DNA of 64,000 nt from Gammaproteobacteria bacterium (lineage in GTDB: Bacteria; Pseudomonadota; Gammaproteobacteria; GCA-002705445; GCA-002716945). This document shows, piece after piece, positions 1-11,154 of the stretch. A program made the position numbers and the translations under genes. The number at the start of each line of letters is the position of its first letter. Within the stretch, counting starts at the first letter, position 1. The notes beneath the pieces are model-generated. The model searched no databases. It saw nothing but the letters and a program-made list of their open reading frames with translations, and was not told where the DNA came from. The stretch lies in contig NZZP01000036.1 of NCBI GenBank assembly GCA_002698665.1, forward strand, positions 5,125 through 69,124, in the 5' to 3' direction.

Positions 1-19
1 GAAGAAATAAATTCATCTA

Positions 20-1012
20 TTATCTAAAACTTTCTATTAAATCACTATAATCCTTTTTATTATTTAATTTTGCTCCATACACTTGTATTATTTTAGAAGC
101 ACATAAGTTTGCAAAGTTAATTGCTTCATATGCATTTTTTCCATTATATTTGTGCATAAATGCACCCAGAAACATATCACCTGCCCCAGTAAAGTCTTTC
201 GATTCAACATCAATGCCGTCAACTTCAAAATAATTTGAACCATCAAAGCAGATAGCTCCTTTAGAGCCTAAAGTAATTATAAAAGCATCAGTTAAATCTC
301 TTAAGAAATCTTTCGCGTTGCTTAAATCATCGGTTTCTGCAAAATTCAGCGCTTCTTGTTCATTACAAAAAACAATATCAGCTTTTCTAATAAATAATTT
401 TTTAATATTATCTCTAAAAAAATTAACAATATTTGGATCAGATAATGTAATGACAACCTTAGTATTAAAATTTTGAACTATTTCAATTATCTTAATACTT
501 GTATTCAGAGTCTCCTCTGATGACACTAGGTATCCTTCAATTAATACATACTCGGACTTTTTAAGAGACTCAATATCTATATCTTTAAAAGACAGACTAT
601 TAGATGACCCTAAATATGTGTTCATAGTTCTTTCATTATCAGGTGAAATTAAAACCAGGCATTCTCCACTTTTTTGATTTCCATTTTTGTTAATATATGT
701 AGTTACATTAGATTTATTCAAACATGATATAAAATTATCACCTGTTTCGTCGTTTGCAACTTTCCCAGAAAAACAGACTTTATCTCCAAATTGAGACATT
801 GCAAAAACTGAATTTGCTACTGAACCCCCTGGAATTATCTTTTCTGGCGGTCTAATATTTTTTAAATATTGATGGAGTTTAGAATGATCATCATACTCAT
901 TTAACAACATAGTTCCCTTTGATAACTTCATTTCATTAAGCATTTCATCATTAACTTTATACTCATAGTCTAAAAGAGCATTTCCTATACCATATAGTTT
1001 GAAAAGATTCAT
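20..1012 (-). CDS. PfkB-family carbohydrate/adenosine kinase
   Basis: GIGNALLD N-terminus, GGSVANS, ERTMNTYLG, and the C-terminal DFTGAGDMF PfkB anion-hole motif. Confidence 0.9.
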   Translation of the reverse strand: MNLFKLYGIGNALLDYEYKVNDEMLNEMKLSKGTMLLNEYDDHSKLHQYLKNIRPPEKIIPGGSVANSVFAMSQFGDKVCFSGKVANDETGDNFISCLNKSNVTTYINKNGNQKSGECLVLISPDNERTMNTYLGSSNSLSFKDIDIESLKKSEYVLIEGYLVSSEETLNTSIKIIEIVQNFNTKVVITLSDPNIVNFFRDNIKKLFIRKADIVFCNEQEALNFAETDDLSNAKDFLRDLTDAFIITLGSKGAICFDGSNYFEVDGIDVESKDFTGAGDMFLGAFMHKYNGKNAYEAINFANLCASKIIQVYGAKLNNKKDYSDLIESFR

Positions 1013-1033
1013 ATTTGTATCCTAATAAGTTTA

Positions 1034-1113
1034 TAGCGAAGGAGGGACTCGAACCCTCAACCCGAAGGAGCAGGTTTTGAATCTGCCGTGTATACCAATT
1101 CCACCACTTCGCC
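1034..1113 (-). tRNA. tRNA-Leu (CAA)
   Basis: Reverse complement GGCGAAG-TG-GTGGAATTGGTATACAC-G-GCAGA-TTCAAAA-CCTGC-(short variable arm)-GAGGG-TTCGAGT-CCCTC-CTTCGCT-A; CCA not encoded. Confidence 0.92.
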
Positions 1114-1170
1114 ATCAAGATTAATTGTAACAAATTAAAAGATTACAGCCAATTATGCTATAATATTGTT

Positions 1171-1371
1171 ATGAATATAGAATTATTATATATAATCTCG
1201 ATAATTTTTTTATTTCTTTTAATTCTCTATATTATCAAACAGATTAAATTGGCTAGAGAAATATCACTTAAGGATACTACATTAGAAAATATTGAAGAAA
1301 AACTCAAAAAACATAAGTTAATCGGCGGCAGACATAAAAGAACAAATAAAAAAAACCCACCAATTGTTTAA
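1171..1371 (+). CDS. Small hypothetical protein with an N-terminal membrane anchor
   Basis: 66 aa with a hydrophobic N-terminal helix and basic tail; TG-n-TATAAT 6 nt before the ATG; fills the gap between the tRNA and the convergent gene. Confidence 0.55.
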   Translation: MNIELLYIISIIFLFLLILYIIKQIKLAREISLKDTTLENIEEKLKKHKLIGGRHKRTNKKNPPIV

Positions 1372-1815
1372 TTATATGTTTTCTTCTTTAGCTGAAATTG
1401 CTTTTTTAGCCATTTCGGCACTATAAGCTTCCCCTTGCCAGAGCATGCTATAGACGATTTCTTCATTACCGTTTTCGCAGACATCGATGACTTTTTGGAA
1501 TAATGGTTGAAATGTCTCACTTTTGTGAGAGTTTTCATGATCATCATAAGATTTCCAGAAAGTTATAATCAAGGCTTCCCTATCTTTTAATTCAGAATCT
1601 AATGCTTTGCCCATATTACTTCCTTCATTGGAAATCTGTCCACTGTTTAAAACTACCATGCCACCAATAAAACCTGTTTCAGAGTGATATGTTTTAACAT
1701 TCTCACACATCATGGCTACTCTTTCTTGCAAATCATCAAGAGTATATTCCTTTTTAAGGATAACTCTATTAATTGTTACTATTCCGTCGTAAGGAAAATT
1801 ATTTATTAAAGCCAT
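1372..1815 (-). CDS. Single-domain sulfur oxygenase reductase (SOR)-like / dimeric alpha-beta barrel protein
   Basis: C37..GFIGG, TFWKSYDDH93ENSH97 and GNEE119IVY parallel SOR C31..GFVGF, W..W.DH86EEMH90 and GPWE114PIY (alignment by eye). Confidence 0.55.
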   Translation of the reverse strand: MALINNFPYDGIVTINRVILKKEYTLDDLQERVAMMCENVKTYHSETGFIGGMVVLNSGQISNEGSNMGKALDSELKDREALIITFWKSYDDHENSHKSETFQPLFQKVIDVCENGNEEIVYSMLWQGEAYSAEMAKKAISAKEENI

Positions 1816-1877
1816 ACTTTATTAAAACAGGAAAATGTATTAAAATCAATATAAGTATTTACTAATATACAATTAGA

Positions 1878-1905
1878 TTGACATAAAGCTTATACATATT
1901 ATTAT
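1878..1905 (+). promoter_or_regulatory. Putative sigma70 promoter of the queA-tgt-yajC-secDF operon
   Basis: TTGACA (1878-1883), 16 nt, TATTAT (1900-1905), then 6 nt to the GTG start. Confidence 0.5.
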
Positions 1906-1911
1906 CTGTCT

Positions 1912-4049
<2,138 letters not shown>

Positions 4050-4050
4050 T

Positions 4051-4374
4051 ATGAACTTTATAGATTTTGCATACGCTTCAACTCAAAATCAAGAACCTTC
4101 AGCGCTAGGATTTCTCCTACCTATTTTTATATTAATTTTAATGTACTTTATATTGATTAGACCGCAATCAAAAAAACTTAAAGAACATAAGCAAATGTTA
4201 ACTGAGCTCAAAATAGGAGATGAAGTAGCTACCGCCGGAGGGTTATTAGGGATTGTCATTAAAATTGGAGAGTCATTTGTATTACTAAAAATTGCTAACA
4301 ATGTAGAAATTAAATTGCAAAAAACATCTGTAAGCAAAATATTACCTAAAAATTCTCTGGAAGCTATCAAATAA
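4051..4374 (+). CDS. yajC: Preprotein translocase subunit YajC
   Basis: TM helix, then YFILIRPQSKK and GDEVATAGGLLG; lies between tgt and secD. Confidence 0.96.
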   Translation: MNFIDFAYASTQNQEPSALGFLLPIFILILMYFILIRPQSKKLKEHKQMLTELKIGDEVATAGGLLGIVIKIGESFVLLKIANNVEIKLQKTSVSKILPKNSLEAIK

Positions 4375-6173
4375 TGGCTGTATATTCTCGGTGGAAATAT
4401 CTTTTAGTTTTTTTGATTCTAGTATTATCAACTATCTATGCTCTCCCTAACTTTTATGCTTCAAAACCAGCAATTGAGATTAATTCAATTAACCAAAGTG
4501 AATTGAACAAAATTTTTAATGTAAACTCAAAAAAAAATAATTATAAAGTAATACAAAAAAATGATAAATCTATTATTACTTTTTCTTCAATAGAAGACCA
4601 ACTAGATGCTTATAAAAAACTAGCTTCTTCTAGTTACAATTTAGAAAATCAATACCAATATACATTAACTAGTTATATTAATCTCCCAGGCTGGCTTACT
4701 TATATTAACGCACATCCTATGTTTCTGGGTCTTGATTTGAAAGGAGGCGTGCATTTTCTTTTACAAGTAGACAAAGAAAATATTAAAACTAATTTACTCA
4801 GGGAAATTGAAACTGAGACAAAAAAACAACTTATTAGGGATAAGCATAGATTCCAATCACTATATAAAACAAAAAATGAAATTATAGTTGAATTTAGTAA
4901 AAATGTACCTCTAGATCAAATATCTGAATCAATAATTAATGAAAACCCTGATGTTGAAATTAATACTGATAAAAATGATACTAATGTTATATTACAGATT
5001 ATTCCATCGCAAACACTTATAGACAGAGATATAAAAAGCGCTTTAGCTAAAAACTTGACAATATTAAGGACAAGAGTTGATGAGCTTGGCGTTGCCCAAC
5101 CTATTGTACAAAAACAAGGTAAAGATAGGATAATAGTACAACTACCTGGCCTGCAAGACTCTACACGCGCAAAAAGTATTCTTGGTTCTACTGCTACTCT
5201 AGAATTTAGATTAACAAAAGGTAACCAGCAAGATTGGTATAACTCAGGTATTAATGGTATCCCTACTATAAATTCTTCGACTCTTTATCGCACAAGGGAT
5301 GGAGGGCCCATATTATTATCAAGAAAGGTTATAGTTGCAGGTGAGGATATCAAAGGGGCTAACTCTGGCTTTGATGGTCAAACAAATAGTCCTGCTGTAT
5401 TTGTAAACCTCAGTGACTATGGGGCTTCAATGATGTTAGAAACAACTAACAAAAATATAGGGAACAAAATGGCAGTTATTTTTGTTGAAAAAAACAAAAA
5501 AGAGGTAATTAATGTAGCTACGATAAGAGAAGCTTTTAGCAAGCGCTTTCAAATCACAGGTCTTGACATGACTGAAGCACAAGACTTAGCAATTTTATTG
5601 AGATCGGGAGCTCTTAGCGCTCCAATGGAAATTGTTGAGGAAAGAACAGTTGGTCCTAGCCTAGGAAAGTATAATATTCTAGCTGGTAAAAATTCCATGT
5701 ATTTTGGGTTATTTCTTGTTGGCATATTTATGATTATTTATTACAGACTGTTTGGTTTGGTAGCAAATATAGCTCTAGTGGCAAATATAATTATTATTAT
5801 AGCAGTGCTATCAATCTTTCAGGCCACACTTACACTATCCGGTATAGCAGGCATTGTTTTAACTGTAGGCATGGCAGTTGATGCCAATGTTTTAATATTT
5901 GAGCGTATTAGGGAAGAGATAAATAATGGTAGCAGTCCTAATGCAAGTATTTATTCTGGATATCAAAAAGCATTTTCTACTATTTCTGATGCTAACATAA
6001 CTACGCTAATAGCTGCCATATCATTACTGACAATAGGCACTGGAGCTGTAAAAGGGTTTGCCATTACACTTGTTATTGGTATTTTATCATCTATGTTTAC
6101 ATCAATTGTTGGCACTAGAGTACTAGTAAATTTAATATATGAAAGAAGAAGCACTAAAGGTTTATCAATATAA
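4374..6173 (+). CDS. secD: Protein translocase subunit SecD
   Basis: LGLDLKGGVHFLL, RVDELGVAQP, TVGPSLG, GMAVDANVLIFERIREE. Confidence 0.98.
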   Translation: MAVYSRWKYLLVFLILVLSTIYALPNFYASKPAIEINSINQSELNKIFNVNSKKNNYKVIQKNDKSIITFSSIEDQLDAYKKLASSSYNLENQYQYTLTSYINLPGWLTYINAHPMFLGLDLKGGVHFLLQVDKENIKTNLLREIETETKKQLIRDKHRFQSLYKTKNEIIVEFSKNVPLDQISESIINENPDVEINTDKNDTNVILQIIPSQTLIDRDIKSALAKNLTILRTRVDELGVAQPIVQKQGKDRIIVQLPGLQDSTRAKSILGSTATLEFRLTKGNQQDWYNSGINGIPTINSSTLYRTRDGGPILLSRKVIVAGEDIKGANSGFDGQTNSPAVFVNLSDYGASMMLETTNKNIGNKMAVIFVEKNKKEVINVATIREAFSKRFQITGLDMTEAQDLAILLRSGALSAPMEIVEERTVGPSLGKYNILAGKNSMYFGLFLVGIFMIIYYRLFGLVANIALVANIIIIIAVLSIFQATLTLSGIAGIVLTVGMAVDANVLIFERIREEINNGSSPNASIYSGYQKAFSTISDANITTLIAAISLLTIGTGAVKGFAITLVIGILSSMFTSIVGTRVLVNLIYERRSTKGLSI

Positions 6174-7072
6174 TGTTTAAACTAATCAAAAATAATTTAA
6201 ATTTAAATTTTTTAGGTAAGAGAAATATAGCAATCACATTATCCTCATTTCTTATTATTATTAGTTTGTTTAGTTTCATATTCAAGGGTCTAAACTGGGG
6301 TATTGATTTTTCTAGTGGTTATATTGTTCAAATTCAGTTTGAACAGGATGTCAAGGTAAGTGAGATTAGAGACAACTTTATCAAGTCTGGAATTGATGAT
6401 GCTTTGATTCAATATTATGGATCTAGTAATGAAATACTTGTAAAGCTTAAGGAAAATAGTAATTTTGAACGAAATAACATCAATGAGTTTCTTAATAAAT
6501 CATTATCAAAGGATTATCAGTTTAAGATTATGAAACTTGAATTTGTAGGATCCCAAATTGGCAGCGAATTAAGAGAGAAGGGTGAATGGGCAATGTTAGT
6601 GGCATTACTTAGTATTCTTGTATATATTGGTTTTAGATTTGAATTTCTTTTTGGTATTGGAGCAATCTTTGCATTGATACACGATGTTATAATTACTCTA
6701 GGATTCTTTTCTTTACTACAAATAGAATTCAATCTAAGTGTGCTCTCAGCAATTCTTGCAGTAATTGGCTACTCTTTAAATGATACAATTGTTGTATATG
6801 ATCGTATAAGGGAAAATATAAGAACAATTAAAAGTGATTCATATATAGATATATTAAATAAGTCAATAAACCAAACTCTCTCTAGGACCATCATAACGTC
6901 TTTCACCACGCTTTTCGTATTATTTTCATTATTAATTCTAGGTGGATCAGCAGTTTATTATTTTGCATTAGCAATGATAATAGGTATTCTAGTTGGCACT
7001 TATTCTTCTATATATATAGCAGGAACCAGTTTATACTTGCTAGATGCTAAGTTAGAAGATGATTCTAACTAA
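6173..7072 (+). CDS. secF: Protein translocase subunit SecF
   Basis: GLNWGIDFSSG, IGYSLNDTIVVYDRIRE, TLSRTIITS. Confidence 0.98.
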   Translation: MFKLIKNNLNLNFLGKRNIAITLSSFLIIISLFSFIFKGLNWGIDFSSGYIVQIQFEQDVKVSEIRDNFIKSGIDDALIQYYGSSNEILVKLKENSNFERNNINEFLNKSLSKDYQFKIMKLEFVGSQIGSELREKGEWAMLVALLSILVYIGFRFEFLFGIGAIFALIHDVIITLGFFSLLQIEFNLSVLSAILAVIGYSLNDTIVVYDRIRENIRTIKSDSYIDILNKSINQTLSRTIITSFTTLFVLFSLLILGGSAVYYFALAMIIGILVGTYSSIYIAGTSLYLLDAKLEDDSN

Positions 7073-7844
7073 GTAACTTTAATATTTTTGAATGAAGCCA
7101 GCTCTTTGCAGCTATTATAGATGTAGAATTATATATATCATCATTACCCTCAATATCACTAATCAATATTCCAGATTCTTTGCATAAAAGTATCCCAGCT
7201 GCTGAATCCAAGATATTAATAGAAGGGTATATAATCAAATCTAAACTTCCGGATGATAAATATGCAAATTCTGTAGATGGAGAACCTATATTTCTAGATT
7301 CTCCATCTATATATGCTCTTAATTTATCTTCTATAGCACTAGATTTAATAGAATATAATAATCTTTTTTCGTGATTTTTAGTATGTCTAATTTTTTTATT
7401 CTCCTGCATTGCTCCGTTTCCTTTGATTGCTGTAGTCATCTCATCTTTAATAGGATTAAATATTACAGTAGCATAAGCACATCTCTTACGAAAAATTGTT
7501 ATTGATACATTAAATAGAGGCAATTTATTAATAAAATTCTCATAGCAGTCAATAGGATTTATAACCCAAATATACTTTTCCTCATAATCAAAAATATTGT
7601 TAACCTTACAGTTATTTTTATCTTTGATGTTATCTGGAATAAAATTTAGTGGTGAAGGCCCTAAAATATCTGTTTCTCCAAATGGATATGCATCCATGAT
7701 TACATTTACTATATGACTATAAAGATATTCATTTATCCCTTTAGATAGTATCAATTCATCTTGATTCTTTGTCAGGTATAGCTGTACTATTAGTTCAGAT
7801 ACTGACCTACATGCTTTAATTGCTATATTTAATCTTGGTTGCAT
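7065..7844 (-). CDS. suhB: Inositol monophosphatase-family protein SuhB, degenerate active site
   Basis: MQPRLNIAIKACR resembles the SuhB N-terminus; divergent from trmJ as in other gammaproteobacteria; DPLDGT motif reads NPIDCY. Confidence 0.8.
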   Translation of the reverse strand: MQPRLNIAIKACRSVSELIVQLYLTKNQDELILSKGINEYLYSHIVNVIMDAYPFGETDILGPSPLNFIPDNIKDKNNCKVNNIFDYEEKYIWVINPIDCYENFINKLPLFNVSITIFRKRCAYATVIFNPIKDEMTTAIKGNGAMQENKKIRHTKNHEKRLLYSIKSSAIEDKLRAYIDGESRNIGSPSTEFAYLSSGSLDLIIYPSINILDSAAGILLCKESGILISDIEGNDDIYNSTSIIAAKSWLHSKILKLLS

Positions 7845-7881
7845 ATTGTTTTATGTAGTAAATTAATCATAATATTACATT

Positions 7882-8595
7882 ATGTTTTCGAATATTAATA
7901 TTATTTTAGTAAATACTTCTCATTCTGGTAATATCGGGTCATCTGCTCGTGCCATGAAAACGATGGGTTTTGAAAACCTTATTTTAGTCAACCCTAAAGA
8001 TTTCCCATCATCACATGCTAATGCCCTCGCTGTTGGATGTAGAGATGTATTGGATAAAGCTAAAGTTTTTAATGAATTCAATGAAGCTATATCAATTGGT
8101 AATATCAACATAGGACTAACTGTCCGATCTAGGCGAGCATCAATACCTATATTAGAGATAGATGACTTCATTGATATGATATTACTAAATTCTGAAAATA
8201 AATTTAATATAATTTTTGGTAATGAAAAATCAGGATTATCAAATCAAGAACTACTTAAATGTGATTATGTTATGACTTTGCCAACTTCAAGTAAATACAA
8301 ATCATTAAATTTAGCATTTGCTGTTCAAATTGTTGTTTATGAACTATTTAAAAAATCAAAGTATAAATTATTTAAATCAAAAAAACTTCCTAATCTTGCA
8401 TCATCTAAAGAAAAAAATTTTTTCATTGAAACTCTTATATCTCTGTTAAAAACCACAAAATTTATAACGGAAAAAAACCATCAATCTTTAACCAAAAAAA
8501 TACATATTATCTTTAATAAAGCAAACTTGGAGACAGATGAGGTCAACACATTACATGGCATATTAAGCTCTCTTAGTAAATATTCAAAGAAATAG
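7882..8595 (+). CDS. trmJ: tRNA (cytidine32/uridine32-2'-O)-methyltransferase
   Basis: IILVNTSHSGNIGSSARAMKTMG, FGNEKSGLSNQEL, SLNLA SPOUT motifs. Confidence 0.93.
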   Translation: MFSNINIILVNTSHSGNIGSSARAMKTMGFENLILVNPKDFPSSHANALAVGCRDVLDKAKVFNEFNEAISIGNINIGLTVRSRRASIPILEIDDFIDMILLNSENKFNIIFGNEKSGLSNQELLKCDYVMTLPTSSKYKSLNLAFAVQIVVYELFKKSKYKLFKSKKLPNLASSKEKNFFIETLISLLKTTKFITEKNHQSLTKKIHIIFNKANLETDEVNTLHGILSSLSKYSKK

Positions 8596-8616
8596 TTGAT
8601 AAGATTACTAGGTTAT
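8592..8616 (+). promoter_or_regulatory. Putative type-1 IscR binding site (autoregulation of the isc operon)
   Basis: 25-nt ATAGTTGATAAGATTACTAGGTTAT directly upstream of iscR resembles the ATAGTTGAC..ACTC..AT type-1 operator and overlaps a TTGATA -35 element. Confidence 0.65.
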
Positions 8617-8630
8617 AGGATAATTACTTC

Positions 8631-9098
8631 ATGAAACTTACTACTAAAGGGCGATATGCAATAATAGCAATGGTTGATTTGACCATGAACAGTGAGCATG
8701 ACCCAGTGTCACTCAAGGATGTGTCTGCTAGACAAAACATATCCTTATCTTATTTAGAGCAACTATTTGCAAGATTGAGGGCCGCAGGACTTGTTAAAAG
8801 TTATAGAGGTCCAGGCGGAGGTTACAGTTTAAATAAAGAAGCGACTTCGATTAATTTGTTAGATGTAATTACAGCAGTTGATGAGAATATGGATCAAACA
8901 CAATGTAGTGGTGCCATGAACTGTATTGATGAAAAACCATGCTTAACGCATTACATATGGATTGGACTAAATAATACGATTAATCAATACATGAAAGGAA
9001 TCAATTTAAATGATGTTGCATTAAGAGAGGATGTTAAAAATATCATTTTTTTACGGGAGAAAGGAAATGTCAACAGTAATCAAAGACAAAAAAAATAA
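8631..9098 (+). CDS. iscR: Fe-S cluster assembly transcriptional regulator IscR (Rrf2)
   Basis: [27 protein letters not shown], and C-x5-C-x5-CLTH cluster ligands. Confidence 0.97.
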   Translation: MKLTTKGRYAIIAMVDLTMNSEHDPVSLKDVSARQNISLSYLEQLFARLRAAGLVKSYRGPGGGYSLNKEATSINLLDVITAVDENMDQTQCSGAMNCIDEKPCLTHYIWIGLNNTINQYMKGINLNDVALREDVKNIIFLREKGNVNSNQRQKK

Positions 9099-10314
9099 AA
9101 TTAGTATACCCATCTACTTGGATTATTCCTCGACTACACCAGTTGACGATAGAGTTGCAAAAAAGATGTCCGAGTGTCTAACAAGAGACGGAGCTTTTGG
9201 AAACCCAGCTTCAAGGTCTCATCCTTATGGATGGGATAGTGAAAAACTTATTGATGAATCAAGGCAACATGTAGCTAACTTGCTAGGAGCTGATAAAAGA
9301 GAGATTATATGGACTAGTGGTGCGACAGAGTCAGATAATCTAGCTATTAAAGGAGCTGCGTATTTCTATAAAGATAAGGGTAATCATCTAATAACTTTAT
9401 CTACTGAACATAAAGCGGTTTTAGACACAATGAGATTCCTTGAGTCTGAAGGCTTTGAGGTAACTTATTTGGACCCAAAGGATAATGGACTGCTCGATAT
9501 CAATGATCTTAAGAAAGCTATCAAGGACACTACTATACTAGTGTCAATTATGCATGTGAATAATGAAATCGGTGTAATACAAGATTTAGAGTCTATAGGT
9601 AAAATATGTAGAGATAATAAAATTATTTTTCATGTTGATGCAGCTCAGAGTCCTGGAAAAGTAGAAATAGATGTCAATAAATATAATATTGATTTGTGCG
9701 CGCTTTCTGCCCATAAAGCGTATGGACCCAAAGGAATAGGTGCGTTATATGTAAGAAGAAAACCAAGAGTGCGTATACAACCACAAATTCATGGAGGTGG
9801 ACATGAGCGCGGGTTCAGATCAGGAACTTTACCGACACATCAAATAGTAGGAATGGGTGAAGCATTCAGAATAGCAAAAGAAGAAATGAAAGAAGATAAT
9901 AAACGAATACGTAAATTAAGAGATATTCTATGGAATGGTATAAAAGATATTGAAGAAATTTATCTTAATGGTGATCTAGAGAATCGCATATCAGGAAATT
10001 TAAATGTTAGTTTTAATTTTGTTGAAGGGGAAAGTTTGATAATGGCTATAAAAGATATAGCTGTATCATCGGGATCTGCCTGCACATCAGCAAGTTTAGA
10101 GCCTAGTTATGTACTTAGAGCTTTGGGAAGAGAAGATGAATTAGCTCATAGCTCCATAAGATTAACGATAGGTAAATATACTACTGAAGATGAAGTTCAA
10201 CATGCAATCACCTTATTAAAAACATCAGTGGCTAAACTTAGAGATTTGTCGCCTTTATGGGACATGTATAAAGAAGGTATTGATTTAAAAACAGTTAAAT
10301 GGACAGCGCACTAA
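9067..10314 (+). CDS. iscS: Cysteine desulfurase IscS
   Basis: [20 protein letters not shown] (PLP Lys), SSGSACTS; ATG at 9067 chosen because GGAG lies upstream (ORF track starts at 9031). Confidence 0.97.
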   Translation: MSTVIKDKKNKISIPIYLDYSSTTPVDDRVAKKMSECLTRDGAFGNPASRSHPYGWDSEKLIDESRQHVANLLGADKREIIWTSGATESDNLAIKGAAYFYKDKGNHLITLSTEHKAVLDTMRFLESEGFEVTYLDPKDNGLLDINDLKKAIKDTTILVSIMHVNNEIGVIQDLESIGKICRDNKIIFHVDAAQSPGKVEIDVNKYNIDLCALSAHKAYGPKGIGALYVRRKPRVRIQPQIHGGGHERGFRSGTLPTHQIVGMGEAFRIAKEEMKEDNKRIRKLRDILWNGIKDIEEIYLNGDLENRISGNLNVSFNFVEGESLIMAIKDIAVSSGSACTSASLEPSYVLRALGREDELAHSSIRLTIGKYTTEDEVQHAITLLKTSVAKLRDLSPLWDMYKEGIDLKTVKWTAH

Positions 10315-10315
10315 C

Positions 10316-10639
10316 ATGACAATAACCATAACAAAAAAAGCAGCAAATCATGTGAATCAACATCTACAGAGCCGAGGAAAAGGAATTGGTCTTAGATTAG
10401 GGGTCAAAACCACAGGGTGTTCAGGCTTGGCGTATGTAATTGAGTTTGCAGATAAGATAGAAAAAGAAGACAAAGTGTTTAAAGATAACGGTATTACATT
10501 AATAATTAATCCTAAAAGTTATGTTTACCTTAAAGGAACAGAGTTAGATTTTGCTCGAGAGGGTTTAAACGAAGGTTTCAAATTCAATAATCCTAATGTA
10601 AAAGATAAATGTGGATGTGGCGAGAGCTTTAATGTTTAA
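10316..10639 (+). CDS. iscA: A-type Fe-S carrier IscA
   Basis: [16 protein letters not shown] and CGCGESF. Confidence 0.97.
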   Translation: MTITITKKAANHVNQHLQSRGKGIGLRLGVKTTGCSGLAYVIEFADKIEKEDKVFKDNGITLIINPKSYVYLKGTELDFAREGLNEGFKFNNPNVKDKCGCGESFNV

Positions 10640-11154
10640 TGGACATATTAAATAAGAACTATTTTGAACTATTCAATATCAATGTTTCTATTGACCTTAA
10701 TAAATCAATTTTAGATGAAAAAGTTAAGAAACTACAATTAACGTTTCATCCTGATAAATTTACTAATTCTACAGCTCGCGAAAGAAAAATAGCATTAATG
10801 ATATCGTCGCATATAAATGATGGTTACAAGATATTATCTGATATCGTTCTTAGGGTTGAATATATATTAAAAATAAATAACTATGAAATAGATGATTCAA
10901 AAACAATAAATGATGAAAACTTTCTGCAGTTACAAATTAAATATAGTGAAATTATAGATTCACTCAATATCACTAAGAATCAAGATTTAATAAAGAGTAA
11001 TATTCAAGATTTAAAGATAGAAACTAGAGATATAGTATCTGAAATTAAAGAGTGCTATGAAAAATCTAATTTCCATGGAATGTGGTTGGCATTATCTAGA
11101 TTACGATTTTTTAAAAAAAATATAAAACAACTTGGAAGTTTATTGACAATATGA
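10639..11154 (+). CDS. hscB: Co-chaperone HscB
   Basis: NYFELF and FHPDKF J-domain; ISC operon context. Confidence 0.93.
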   Translation: MDILNKNYFELFNINVSIDLNKSILDEKVKKLQLTFHPDKFTNSTARERKIALMISSHINDGYKILSDIVLRVEYILKINNYEIDDSKTINDENFLQLQIKYSEIIDSLNITKNQDLIKSNIQDLKIETRDIVSEIKECYEKSNFHGMWLALSRLRFFKKNIKQLGSLLTI

